Below are positions 34,417-43,786 of a DNA stretch of 64,000 nt, one piece after another (position 1 is the stretch's first letter; each line of letters begins with the position of its first letter). The notes below the pieces were generated by a model. That model was not told the DNA's origin, made no database searches, and saw only the letters and a list, made by a program, of their open reading frames with translations. This stretch comes from an uncultured Acidobacteriota bacterium. Its GTDB lineage: Bacteria > Acidobacteriota > Thermoanaerobaculia > Multivoradales > UBA5704. The position numbers were made by a program, and so were the translations under genes. The stretch lies in the NCBI GenBank assembly GCA_963770895.1, contig CAVYRF010000002.1, forward strand, positions 32,001 through 96,000, in the 5' to 3' direction.

Positions 34417-36765
34417 CTACCGCGCGCGATCCCAGCGCCGCAGCAGCAGCGGAAAAAGCGCCAGCGTACAGGCGTACGACACCAGCATCGCCAGCGCCAG
34501 CAGCAGGCCCAGGCTGGCGCTGGGCTTGATCGCCGAAAAGCCCAGGACGGCGATCCCCAGCGACAGCACCACGGCGTTCCAGCGCAAGCCGCGGCCGGTG
34601 GTCCCGAGCGTCGCGGCGACGGCCGCCGCGTGCGCCAGGCCGGCGCGGCGCTCGCGGCGGTAGGCAAAGGCGTACTGCACGGCGAAGTCGACGCCGGCGC
34701 CCAGGTTGAGCGCCGCAAACATGCTGGTGGCGATGCCCAGCGGCACGCCGGCGGCGCCCAGGCCGCCGAACAGCAGCAGCGTCGCGGCGACGACCGGCGC
34801 CAGCACCACCGCGGTCCGGCGGGCGCTGCGCAGGGCGGCCAGCAGCATCGCCGCGATCAGCAGCGCGGTCCAGGCGATCGAGCGCAGCTGGTTGGCGACG
34901 ATCGCCCCCACCACCGCCAGCGCTTCCGGCACCTCGCCCGAAGCGTGCACGTCGACCGGCCGGCCCGCCGCCAGGAGCGGCTGCTCGGCGGCGAAGGCGG
35001 CCGCCAGCCGCCGCGCCTTGCCGTAGTCGGCGTCCTTGACCAGCAGGCGGACGCGCAGCCGGCCGCCGTCGAGCGCCAGCAGCTCGCGCAAGCCCAGGCG
35101 GATACGCAGGATCTCGACCAGCATGCCGACGCGGCGCATCGCCGCCGCCGGCAGCGCCGCGAGCGGCGGCGGCAGATCCAGCACCCTGGCGCCGCCGACA
35201 AAAGCCGGCAGGATGCTGACCACACCGCCGACGTGCGGCGCCCGCTCGGCCCAGGCATCCACCTGCGCCAGCAGGGCCGCCCCCGCCGGCGTCCAGAAGT
35301 AACCCGCCGGCCCGCTGCACACGACGTCGAACCGGTAGCTGCCCCAGAATTCCGCGTCGAACGTCCGCGCCGCCGTCACCAGCGGCGCCCGCGGATCGAA
35401 GTTGTCGATCCAGGAATCCTCGACCCGCAAGCGCAGGACCCCCGGCACCGCCAACACCAGGAGCCCCAACGTGACCAGCGCCACCGCCCGCGGCCGCCGC
35501 ACCGTCAGCCGCTCGAAACCCGCCAGCTCGCCCTCCCCCGCCGCCGCTCCCGCCGCGCCGCGCCGCCGTTCCAACCAACGCGGCGGCAGCGTCACCACCA
35601 GCGCCGGCGCCAGCGTGAAGGTGAACAGCATCCCCAGCAGCAGGCCGATGCCGGTGAACAGCCCCAGGTGGCGCACCGGCGCCATGCCGGCATCCAGGAA
35701 CGACAAGAATCCCGCCGCCGTCGCCAGCGAGATCAGCACCAGAGGCGTAGCCAGGTCCACGAATGTCAGATCCGCCGCCCGCCGCACTCGCTCGCGCGCC
35801 GCTGCCGCGGGCGACCCCGCGGCCGCCTGCGCGCCGTCGGCACCGCCAGGCGCGCCGGCGTTGGAGGCGGCGAGGTGATCGCGCAGGCGCTCCAGCAGGT
35901 AGATCTCGTCGGTCATCGCCATCGCCATCAGCAGCACCGGCAGCACGGTGGTGACCAACGTGACCGGCACGCCCGCCCAGCCCATCAGCCCCAGCGTCCA
36001 GACCAGGGTCGCCACCACCTGCGCCAGCGGGATGAGCACGCCGCCGGCGGTGCGCAGGGTCAGCGCCAGCAGCAGCGCCACCGCCGCCATCATCAGCGGC
36101 ACCAGGCGCGCCAGGTCGGCCAGCACGGCATCGCCCAGGTCGGCCTCGGCGGCGACCGGCCCGGTCAGCCGCAGGCGGAACGGTGCCGCGCGCCGCGGCG
36201 TCAGGTATCGCCGCAGGTCGGCCAGCAGCTCGCCGCGCCCCACCCGCCGGCCCACCGGCAGGTAGAACGCCGCCGCCGTGCCGTCCGCGGACAGGTACAG
36301 CCCGCTCGCCATCGGCTCCCGCCGCAGGCGCGCCAGCACGTCGTCAAACGGGGCTTCGCCGCGGCTCCACTCCTCGAAGAACGTATGGATCAGAAGCGGC
36401 CGCAGCACCCGCGGCGGATCGAGAAACGTCACGATCGAGCGCACGCCGCCCGGCTCGACGCCTGGGAAGCGCCCCAGCGCCGCTTGCAGCCGGCTGAGAA
36501 AGGCGAAGCCCTGCGGCGTGTCGAGGCGCGGGCCGCCCGGCCGCGCCGTCGCCAGCAGCAGGATCAGGTCGGGATCGTGGAAGGCCTCCCGGTCGCCCTG
36601 CGTCCGCTGCACCACCGGGTCGCCCTGGGGATGGATGGCGGCGCCGTCGGTCCACAGCTCCAGCCGAAACAGCCCCTTTGCCGCCACCGCGGTGCCCACC
36701 GCCAGCAGCGCCAGGATCAGCAGCGGGCGGGCCAGGGCGGCGCGAGCCAGGGGCAGCAGCAGCAT
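34417..36765 (-). CDS. MMPL/RND family transporter
   Basis: Two halves each with a large loop and TM cluster; TAAGFLSF, GAGVDFAV. Confidence 0.88.
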   Translation of the reverse strand: MLLLPLARAALARPLLILALLAVGTAVAAKGLFRLELWTDGAAIHPQGDPVVQRTQGDREAFHDPDLILLLATARPGGPRLDTPQGFAFLSRLQAALGRFPGVEPGGVRSIVTFLDPPRVLRPLLIHTFFEEWSRGEAPFDDVLARLRREPMASGLYLSADGTAAAFYLPVGRRVGRGELLADLRRYLTPRRAAPFRLRLTGPVAAEADLGDAVLADLARLVPLMMAAVALLLALTLRTAGGVLIPLAQVVATLVWTLGLMGWAGVPVTLVTTVLPVLLMAMAMTDEIYLLERLRDHLAASNAGAPGGADGAQAAAGSPAAAARERVRRAADLTFVDLATPLVLISLATAAGFLSFLDAGMAPVRHLGLFTGIGLLLGMLFTFTLAPALVVTLPPRWLERRRGAAGAAAGEGELAGFERLTVRRPRAVALVTLGLLVLAVPGVLRLRVEDSWIDNFDPRAPLVTAARTFDAEFWGSYRFDVVCSGPAGYFWTPAGAALLAQVDAWAERAPHVGGVVSILPAFVGGARVLDLPPPLAALPAAAMRRVGMLVEILRIRLGLRELLALDGGRLRVRLLVKDADYGKARRLAAAFAAEQPLLAAGRPVDVHASGEVPEALAVVGAIVANQLRSIAWTALLIAAMLLAALRSARRTAVVLAPVVAATLLLFGGLGAAGVPLGIATSMFAALNLGAGVDFAVQYAFAYRRERRAGLAHAAAVAATLGTTGRGLRWNAVVLSLGIAVLGFSAIKPSASLGLLLALAMLVSYACTLALFPLLLRRWDRAR

Positions 36766-36768
36766 GCG

Positions 36769-36933
36769 CTAGTGCCCCGCGCGGTTCATTCGCATGGTAG
36801 TCGCGCCGCAATCCGGTCCTCTGGCAAGGCACGCCGACGCAGGCATAGTTGAACTTATGTCGAGGAGGCGTAACGTCGCCAGGGGGCCGGAGGGCAAGCG
36901 AATGCCATGCGAATGAACCGTGCGGGGCACTAG
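36769..36933. mobile_element. 165-bp MITE-like element
   Basis: 29-bp terminal inverted repeats CTAGTGCCCCGC(G/A)CGGTTCATTCGCATGG with 1 mismatch; CTAG at both ends; no coding capacity. Confidence 0.8.
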
Positions 36934-37373
36934 AGCAGGGTCTCCGGGACGGCGTACGGCCGCAGCGCCGCGCGCAAGGATTCCGGCAGCGGCGTCGGCA
37001 CGCTGGCGCCGCCGTCGCCCTCGCGGCGCATGAAGGCGATCTGCTGCTCGCCGCGCGCCACCAGCTCTTCGCCGGCAGCCGCCTGCCGCCAGTATTCGAA
37101 GCCCAGGGTGACGCGGTTTTGCGCCACCGCCGCCAGGCGCATGCGGATGACCACCTGGTCGCTGGCCTGGAGCTCGGCCAGGTAGTCGCAGGAGCAGCGC
37201 ACGGTGGCCAGCGACAGACCGCGGCCGATCTCGGCGATCACCTGCGGCGCGTGGTCGGCCAGAAACGCCTCCCGGCACCGCCCCTGCCAGCGCAGGAAGT
37301 GGGCAAAGTACACCGTGCCGACCAGACTGGTCTCTTCGAACCCGACCCGATGACGATATTCGTAGTGCCGCAA
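36930..37373 (-). CDS. Hot-dog-fold thioesterase, enediyne TE (CalE7/SgcE10/DynE7)-like
   Basis: YEYRHRVGFEET.LVG.VY...LRWQGRCRE.FL..HAP and LVARGEQQIAFMR. Confidence 0.85.
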   Translation of the reverse strand: MRHYEYRHRVGFEETSLVGTVYFAHFLRWQGRCREAFLADHAPQVIAEIGRGLSLATVRCSCDYLAELQASDQVVIRMRLAAVAQNRVTLGFEYWRQAAAGEELVARGEQQIAFMRREGDGGASVPTPLPESLRAALRPYAVPETLL

Positions 37374-37467
37374 GTGCTCGCTCCCAGGGCAACCTTATCG
37401 CACGACCGCTGCCACCGCGGTCTCTCTCTGCGGTCTCTATCTAAGGTGCGCGCAGGCCCCGCTGGAG

Positions 37468-39597
37468 TTACGCCGCCGCGGGCGGCTCGACGCCGTGTTG
37501 GGCGAGCAGGGCCAGGAAGCCCGCTTCGTCGAGGATCGTCAGCCCCAGGGCGCGGGCCTTGTCGGCCTTGGAGCCGGCGTCCTCGCCGACCACCACGTAG
37601 TCGGTCGACTTGCTGACCGACCCGGTGGCGCGGCCGCCCAGCTCTTCGATCAAGGCCTGGGCGTCGGGGCGCGACAGGCGCTCCATGCTGCCGGTGAAGA
37701 CAAACTTGCGGCCCGCGAGCGGCAGGGCCGCCGCCGCATCCGCCGCGCCTGCTTCGCCGGCCTCGCCGCCGGCCGCCGCGGCGGCGGCCGGGCGAGGCGG
37801 CCCCTCCGCCAGGTGTACCTTTGCCAGCAGGGCGTCCAGGATCTCGCCGTTGCGCGGATCGCCAAAGAAAGCCACGATCTGCTCCGCCATGCGCGGGCCG
37901 ACCCCGGCCACCTCCTGGAGCGCCGCGTCGCCCGCGGCGCGCAGCGCGGCAAAGGCGCCGAAGTGCCGCGCCAGGTCGCGCGCCACCGCCGAGCCGACCT
38001 CGGGGATGCCCAGGCCGTACAGGAAGCGCGCCAGCTCGACGTGCGAGGCGCGCTCGATCGCCTCGACCAGCTTTTGCGCCGACTTGGCGGCGAACCCTTC
38101 CAGCGGCAGCAGCTGCTCGGCGCGCAGGCCGAAGATGTCGGGCAGCTGGCGCACCAGGCCCTGGGCGACGAACAGCTTGGCGCTCTCATCGCCCAGGCCC
38201 TCGATGTCCAGGGCGCCGCGCGAAGCGAAGTGGACCAGGCGGCCGGCCAGCTGCGCCGGACACAGAAAGGCGTTGGGGCAGACGGTGAACGGACCGCGCT
38301 CGACCAGCGGCGTGCCGCACGATGGACACGCTTCCGGCATGCGCCACTCCGGCGCACGCTCGCGCTCGGGCTCGTCGATCCGCTCCACCACCCGCGGGAT
38401 GACGTCGCCGGCGCGCTCGATGCGCACCCGGTCGCCCTCGCGCACGTCCTTGCGCGCCACCTCTTCGCGGTTGTGCAGCGTCGCCCGCGCCACCGTGACG
38501 CCGCCGATCTCGACCGGCAGCATGAGCGCCACCGGCGTCACCACGCCGGTGCGTCCCACCGACGGCAGGATCGACAGGATGCGCGTCACCTCCTTGCGCG
38601 GCGGGAACTTGAAGGCGAACGCCCAGCGCGGATGGCGGGCCGTCCAGCCGGCCGCGTCGCGCGCCTCCAGGTCGTCCAGCTTGATCACCACGCCGTCGAT
38701 TTCATAGCCGAGGTCGTCGCGCTGCGCCTCGATGTCGCGGTGGTAGGCCAGCACGTCGTCCAGGGTGGCGCCGCGACGCACCAGGTTGCTCACCCGCAGC
38801 CCCCAATCGGCCAGCGCTGCCAGCACCTCCCACTGCGTCGCGACCGGCTGCGGCTCATCGCCCCACGACAGCACGTCGTAGGCGTACAGGTCAAGCGGAC
38901 GCGAGGCGGTGATGCGCGCATCCAGCTGGCGCAGCGCGCCGGCAGCGGCGTTGCGCGGATTGGCGAACGGTTCCTTGCCGGCGGCCAGCAGCGATTCGTT
39001 CAGCTTGTCGAAGGCGACCGAGCTCATGATCACCTCGCCGCGCACGGCGAGCAGAGCGGGCCACGGCAGCCGCCCCTCGCGCAGGCGCAGCGGCACCGCC
39101 GGAATGGTGCGCACGTTCTGCGTCACGCCCTCGCCGTGGCGGCCGTCGCCGCGCGTCGCGGCGCGCACCAGCACGCCGTGCTCGTAGACCAGCTCGAGCG
39201 ACGCGCCGTCCAGCTTCGGCTCCAGGCAGTAGGCCACCGGCACGTCCGGCCGCCGCTCGGCGAGCACCCGCCGCAGCCGCTCGTCGAAGCGCCGCAACGC
39301 CTCCGCATCCTGGTCGGACTCCAGCGACAGCATCGGGGCGGTGTGCTCGATGGTCGGAAAGCTCCCCGCCGGCGTGCCGGCGACGCGCTGGGTGGGCGAA
39401 TCGGCGGTGAGCAGGGCGGGGAAGCGCTCTTCGAGCGCCACCAGCTCGCGGTACAAGGAGTCGTAGCGTTCGTCGGAGACTTCGGGCGCGTCGCGCACGT
39501 AGTACAGATAGTCGTGGTGGCGCACCTGGCGGCGCAGCTCCGCGACGCGCTCCGCCGCCTGCCGCTCCGGCGCCAAACCCGGCGTTGGGGAGGTCAT
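37468..39597 (-). CDS. ligA: NAD-dependent DNA ligase
   Basis: EPKLDG, TRGDG, NPRNAAAG, Zn finger CPSC, BRCT (SVSKSTDYVVVGEDAGSK). Confidence 0.98.
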   Translation of the reverse strand: MTSPTPGLAPERQAAERVAELRRQVRHHDYLYYVRDAPEVSDERYDSLYRELVALEERFPALLTADSPTQRVAGTPAGSFPTIEHTAPMLSLESDQDAEALRRFDERLRRVLAERRPDVPVAYCLEPKLDGASLELVYEHGVLVRAATRGDGRHGEGVTQNVRTIPAVPLRLREGRLPWPALLAVRGEVIMSSVAFDKLNESLLAAGKEPFANPRNAAAGALRQLDARITASRPLDLYAYDVLSWGDEPQPVATQWEVLAALADWGLRVSNLVRRGATLDDVLAYHRDIEAQRDDLGYEIDGVVIKLDDLEARDAAGWTARHPRWAFAFKFPPRKEVTRILSILPSVGRTGVVTPVALMLPVEIGGVTVARATLHNREEVARKDVREGDRVRIERAGDVIPRVVERIDEPERERAPEWRMPEACPSCGTPLVERGPFTVCPNAFLCPAQLAGRLVHFASRGALDIEGLGDESAKLFVAQGLVRQLPDIFGLRAEQLLPLEGFAAKSAQKLVEAIERASHVELARFLYGLGIPEVGSAVARDLARHFGAFAALRAAGDAALQEVAGVGPRMAEQIVAFFGDPRNGEILDALLAKVHLAEGPPRPAAAAAAGGEAGEAGAADAAAALPLAGRKFVFTGSMERLSRPDAQALIEELGGRATGSVSKSTDYVVVGEDAGSKADKARALGLTILDEAGFLALLAQHGVEPPAAA

Positions 39598-39640
39598 GCG
39601 GCCAACTTTACCATCCGCATCGACCTGCTATCCTGGGGCG

Positions 39641-40582
39641 GTGAGGGACCTCGCGCGGGACGAGCTGTGGCGCCGGGGCGGCCTCAGCTGGGGGCAGCTG
39701 GCGACGCGGGTGTGGCGGCAGTTCTGGGCCAACCAGATGCCGGGGCGTTGCGCGGAACTTGCCTATTACTTCCTGTTCGCCGTCTTTCCGCTGCTGCTCT
39801 TTCTGAGCACCATGCTCAGCTACACGACCACCGCCAATTCGCACCTGCGCAAGCTCCTGTTCGCCTACGTGGCGCGCGTGGCGCCCAGCGCCGACGTCAC
39901 GACGCTGCTGCACAACACCCTGGACCAGATCACCCGCGAACGGCGCGGCGGCCAGCTGTCGCTGTCGCTCATCGCCACCGTGTGGGTGGCCTCCAACGCC
40001 ATCGTCGCCGTGGTGCGCACCCTCAACACCGCCTGCGGCCTCCAGGAGACGCGGCCGTGGTGGCACCGGAGGCTGATCGCCATCGCGCTCACGCTCGGCT
40101 TTGCCGTGCTGATCGTTTCGGCCCTGATGCTGCTGCTCTACGGTCACGAGATCGGCGAAACCCTTGCCGACCAGTTCGGCATGGGAGTGGCCTTCTTCAC
40201 CGCCTGGCACCTGCTGCACTGGCCGCTGGTCCTGGGCTTCGCCCTGCTGTCGTTCGAAGCCATTTACAACTACGCGCCCTGTCGCGAAGCCGGCGCGCCG
40301 CGTCCCTGGGGGACCCCCGGCGCCGTCGTCGGCGTCCTCCTGTGGGTGGGAGCCTCGCTGGGCCTGCGCCTCTACCTGGGCAACGTCCAGTCCTACGCCG
40401 CCAGCACCTACGGCTCGCTCGGCGCGGTGATCGTCCTGCTGCTCTGGTTCTACCTGACCGCGCTCGCCCTGGTGGTCGGCGGCGACGTCAACGCCGAGAT
40501 CTCCCGCCACCCCTCGCCGGCAAGCCGCCGCCGCGCCGCCGGCCGGACCTGGCCGCCGCGCCGCCGCGCCGCCCGCCGCTGA
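39641..40582 (+). CDS. YihY/BrkB family membrane protein
   Basis: AELAYYFLFAVFP, YGSLGAVIVLLLWFY. Confidence 0.92.
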   Translation: MRDLARDELWRRGGLSWGQLATRVWRQFWANQMPGRCAELAYYFLFAVFPLLLFLSTMLSYTTTANSHLRKLLFAYVARVAPSADVTTLLHNTLDQITRERRGGQLSLSLIATVWVASNAIVAVVRTLNTACGLQETRPWWHRRLIAIALTLGFAVLIVSALMLLLYGHEIGETLADQFGMGVAFFTAWHLLHWPLVLGFALLSFEAIYNYAPCREAGAPRPWGTPGAVVGVLLWVGASLGLRLYLGNVQSYAASTYGSLGAVIVLLLWFYLTALALVVGGDVNAEISRHPSPASRRRAAGRTWPPRRRAARR

Positions 40583-40657
40583 GCGGCGCGCCAGCCGCGG
40601 GAGCGGGCGTGGGAAGCGCCGCTCACCGGCACTGGCGGCGGTCGCGGCGGTCGACGT

Positions 40658-41794
40658 TCAGCCGCGGCGCGAATCCGGCTGCTGCGTCTCGCCGCCGGCG
40701 GCGGCGCGGGCGAGCTTGCCCAGCCGCTCCAGCTCCTGCGGTTCGCTGTCCTTCACCTCGGGCCACTCCACGGTGCGCTTGGCCATCGCGGCGGCCAGGC
40801 GCTCCCACAGCTCGCGGTTCATCACCGCGCCGCCCTCCTTGGTCTTCCAGCCGCGCTGGCGCCATCCCGGCAGCCACCGGCTGGCGCCGTGCCGCAGGTA
40901 GTCCGACCCGGTGTGCACGGCAACGTGCGCGCCAGCCGGCAACGATTCCAGCACCGCCGCCGCGGCCAGCAGATCCACCGCGTTGGCGGACACCGTAACG
41001 CCGGCCGGCAGGCTGCCGCTCACCACGCGCTCTTCGCCCTGCGGCGCCGCGACCGCCGCACCACCTGCCGCATCACCGCCAGCGCCGCCGGCCTCGCCGG
41101 TAACAGCACCCGGTCCATCGCCGGCGGCGCCGCTAGCGGCGCCGCCCGCAACACCACCAACATTTGCCGGCTGGCGCCGCCGCACCAGCGCCGCCCAGCC
41201 GGCGCCCTGGCGCGAGCGCGAGATCCGCAGAAAGACGTCGACGTCCGGCGGCGGCGCCGGTGGCGCGGCGCCGGGGCCGGTACCGGTACCGGCCCCGGCG
41301 GCGCGTTCCAGCCGCAGGGCGGCGCGCTGTTCGACGATGGCGGCCGACGCCAGCTGGTCGGCGCGCTCGTTGCGCGCGTGCCCGGCGTGGCCTTTGATCC
41401 AGTGCCAGGTCACCTCGTGGCGCGCCGTCACCGCCGCCAGGCGCCGCCACAGGTCCTCGTTTTGCAGCTCGCCCGTCTTGCGCCGCCAGCCGCGCGCGAT
41501 CCACCCCGGCAGCCACTCCGTGACGCCCCGCCGCAGATACTGCGAATCCGTGTAGAGCGCCACCCGGCAGCGCAGCTTGAGAGCATCCAGCGCCACCAGC
41601 GCCGCCGTCAGCTCCATGCGGTTGTTGGTGGTGCGCGGCTCGCCCCCCCGCATCTCCTCCGTCCGGCCGCTCGCCGGGTGTACCAGCACCACCCCCCACC
41701 CCCCCGGCCCCGGATTCGGGTCCGCCCCGCCATCGGTGTAGACCATCACCTCCGCCACCCGCGGCCCCTCCGACACGCCCACGCCGTCACCCAT
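40658..41794 (-). CDS. rnhA: Ribonuclease HI with a second, degenerate RNase H domain
   Basis: YTDGG..NPGPGGW, TTNNRMEL, TDSQY, KGHAGHARNERAD; second copy HTGSDYL..WRQRGWKT..NRELW. Confidence 0.9.
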   Translation of the reverse strand: MGDGVGVSEGPRVAEVMVYTDGGADPNPGPGGWGVVLVHPASGRTEEMRGGEPRTTNNRMELTAALVALDALKLRCRVALYTDSQYLRRGVTEWLPGWIARGWRRKTGELQNEDLWRRLAAVTARHEVTWHWIKGHAGHARNERADQLASAAIVEQRAALRLERAAGAGTGTGPGAAPPAPPPDVDVFLRISRSRQGAGWAALVRRRQPANVGGVAGGAASGAAGDGPGAVTGEAGGAGGDAAGGAAVAAPQGEERVVSGSLPAGVTVSANAVDLLAAAAVLESLPAGAHVAVHTGSDYLRHGASRWLPGWRQRGWKTKEGGAVMNRELWERLAAAMAKRTVEWPEVKDSEPQELERLGKLARAAAGGETQQPDSRRG

Positions 41795-41890
41795 GTTCTT
41801 CCTCCCTCCGCAATCCCATCCCTCAACCGGCCGTGCCATCCGACCGAACGCTCCTTGCAGAGCAAGGGAAAGTAGCCTATACCTGCGCCC

Positions 41891-43639
41891 TTGGACAACG
41901 TCGAGATCGCTCGCGCGCTGGCGGAGGTGGCGGACGTCCTGGAGATCCAGGGGGCGGACTCGTTCCGCATCCGCGCCTACCGCAATGCGGTGCGCACGAT
42001 CGAGGTGCAGACGCGGGCGCTGGCGCCGATGGCGGAGCAGGGGGTGGCGGCGTTGACGGCGCTGCCGGGGATCGGCAAGGAGATGGCGGGGCACATCCGC
42101 GAGCTGGTGGCGACCGGCACGCTGGCCCTGCGTGACCGGTTGCTGGCCGAGGTGCCGCGGTCGCTGCTCGACCTCACGCGCCTGGCCGGCGTGGGACCCA
42201 GAAAGGCGCGGCGGCTGTGGGACGAGCTGCACGTCGCCACGCTCGACGACCTGGAAGCGGCGGCACGCGACGGGCGGCTGGCGGCCCTGGCCGGTTTCGG
42301 CGACACCAGCCAGCAGAAGATCCTGGCCGCCATCGCCCTGCAGCGCGAGCACTCCCAGCGCTTCCTGCTGGCCGACGTCGAGCGCCACGTCGAGGCGCTG
42401 CTGGCCTACCTTGCCACTGGACCCGGCGTCGACCGCCTGGAGGTCGCGGGCAGCTACCGGCGCCGCCGTGAGACCGTCGGCGACATCGACGTGCTGGCCA
42501 CCGCCGCCCTGCCGCAGCCGCTGATGGATTGGTTTCTGGCCTATCCGCAGATCGACAAGGCGCAGATGGCCGGCGGCACGCGCGCCTCCATCACGCTGCG
42601 CAGCGGTCTGCAGATCGACCTGCGGGTGGTGGCGCCCGACTGCTTCGGCGCCGCGCTGGTCTATTTCACCGGCTCCAAGGAGCACAACGTCAAGCTGCGG
42701 CGGCGCGGCGTCGAGCGCGGCCTGCGCATCTCGGAATACGGCGTCTTCGCCACCGCGGCCGGCGGCGGCGAAGGCGCCTGGATCGCCGGCCGCGAAGAGG
42801 CCGACGTGTACGCGGCGGTGGGCCTGGCCTGGGTGCCGCCCGAGCTGCGCGAAGACCACGGCGAGATCGAAGCCGCCGCCGCCGGCCCCCTGCCGCGGCT
42901 GGTCGAGGTGGCGGACCTGCGCGGCGATCTGCAGATGCACTCCACCTGGTCGGACGGCCGCAATACCCTGGCGGAGATGGTCGCCGCCTGCGCCGCGATC
43001 GGCTACGAATACATGGCGATCACCGACCACAGCAAGGCGCTCGCCATGGTCAACGGCCTGGACGCCCGGCGCCTGCGGCTGCAATGGCGGGAGATCGACG
43101 CCATCCGCGCCCGCCACCCCGAGATCCGCCTGCTGCGCTCGATGGAGATCGACATCCTGGCCGACGGCAGCCTGGACCTGGAAGACGACCTGATCGCCGG
43201 CCTGGACCTGGTGGTGGTGTCGATTCACTCGCGCTTCGAGCTGCCGCGGAAGGAGCAGACGGCGCGCGTGCTGCGCGCCCTCGACCACCCGCGGGTCGAC
43301 ATCCTGGCCCACCCCACCGGCCGCCTGATCAACCGCCGCAAGCCCATCGACCTGGACATGGAGGCGGTGCTGCGCCACGCCGCCCTGCGCGGCGTCGCCG
43401 TCGAGCTCAACGCCCAGCCCGACCGGCTCGACCTCAAGGACACCCACCTCATGCTGGCGCGCGAGCTGGGCTGCGGCATCGTCATCAGCACCGACGCCCA
43501 CCGCATCGGCGACCTGGCGCGGATGCGCCACGGCATCGAGCAGGCGCGGCGAGCCGGCCTGGAAGCGCGCCACGTCCTCAACACCCTGGGCTTCGCCGAC
43601 TTTCAGCAGGCGCTTCGCCGCCGTTCAGGCGACCTGTAA
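41891..43639 (+). CDS. polX: DNA polymerase X / PHP 3'-5' exonuclease
   Basis: AGSYRR..GDIDVL, FTGSKEHN, DLQMHSTWSDG, TDHS, STDAH. Confidence 0.97.
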   Translation: MDNVEIARALAEVADVLEIQGADSFRIRAYRNAVRTIEVQTRALAPMAEQGVAALTALPGIGKEMAGHIRELVATGTLALRDRLLAEVPRSLLDLTRLAGVGPRKARRLWDELHVATLDDLEAAARDGRLAALAGFGDTSQQKILAAIALQREHSQRFLLADVERHVEALLAYLATGPGVDRLEVAGSYRRRRETVGDIDVLATAALPQPLMDWFLAYPQIDKAQMAGGTRASITLRSGLQIDLRVVAPDCFGAALVYFTGSKEHNVKLRRRGVERGLRISEYGVFATAAGGGEGAWIAGREEADVYAAVGLAWVPPELREDHGEIEAAAAGPLPRLVEVADLRGDLQMHSTWSDGRNTLAEMVAACAAIGYEYMAITDHSKALAMVNGLDARRLRLQWREIDAIRARHPEIRLLRSMEIDILADGSLDLEDDLIAGLDLVVVSIHSRFELPRKEQTARVLRALDHPRVDILAHPTGRLINRRKPIDLDMEAVLRHAALRGVAVELNAQPDRLDLKDTHLMLARELGCGIVISTDAHRIGDLARMRHGIEQARRAGLEARHVLNTLGFADFQQALRRRSGDL

Positions 43640-43786
43640 CCGCCGCCCCATCGAAGCCGTCTGATGGTGTGAGGCGGCAAACCAAGGCGGCGACCCCCGC
43701 AGCCTGGCAGGCAGCCAAAAACGGAGACGCCAAACCAAGACGCAACTCCGGTCTTCCCGGAGCGTTCTGACAAATAAGGAGACGTT

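Noticed and set aside
37495-40998. 1167-aa and other long antisense or alternate-frame ORFs (e.g. 44232-47003, 14285-16147)
   Set aside because: Shadows of real genes caused by high-GC codon bias; Arg/Ala-rich and without motifs
43744-43765. ECF-type promoter AAC-N16-CGT before the Spy-like gene, and a similar motif before msrA
   Set aside because: Plausible but too short to support in GC-rich DNA
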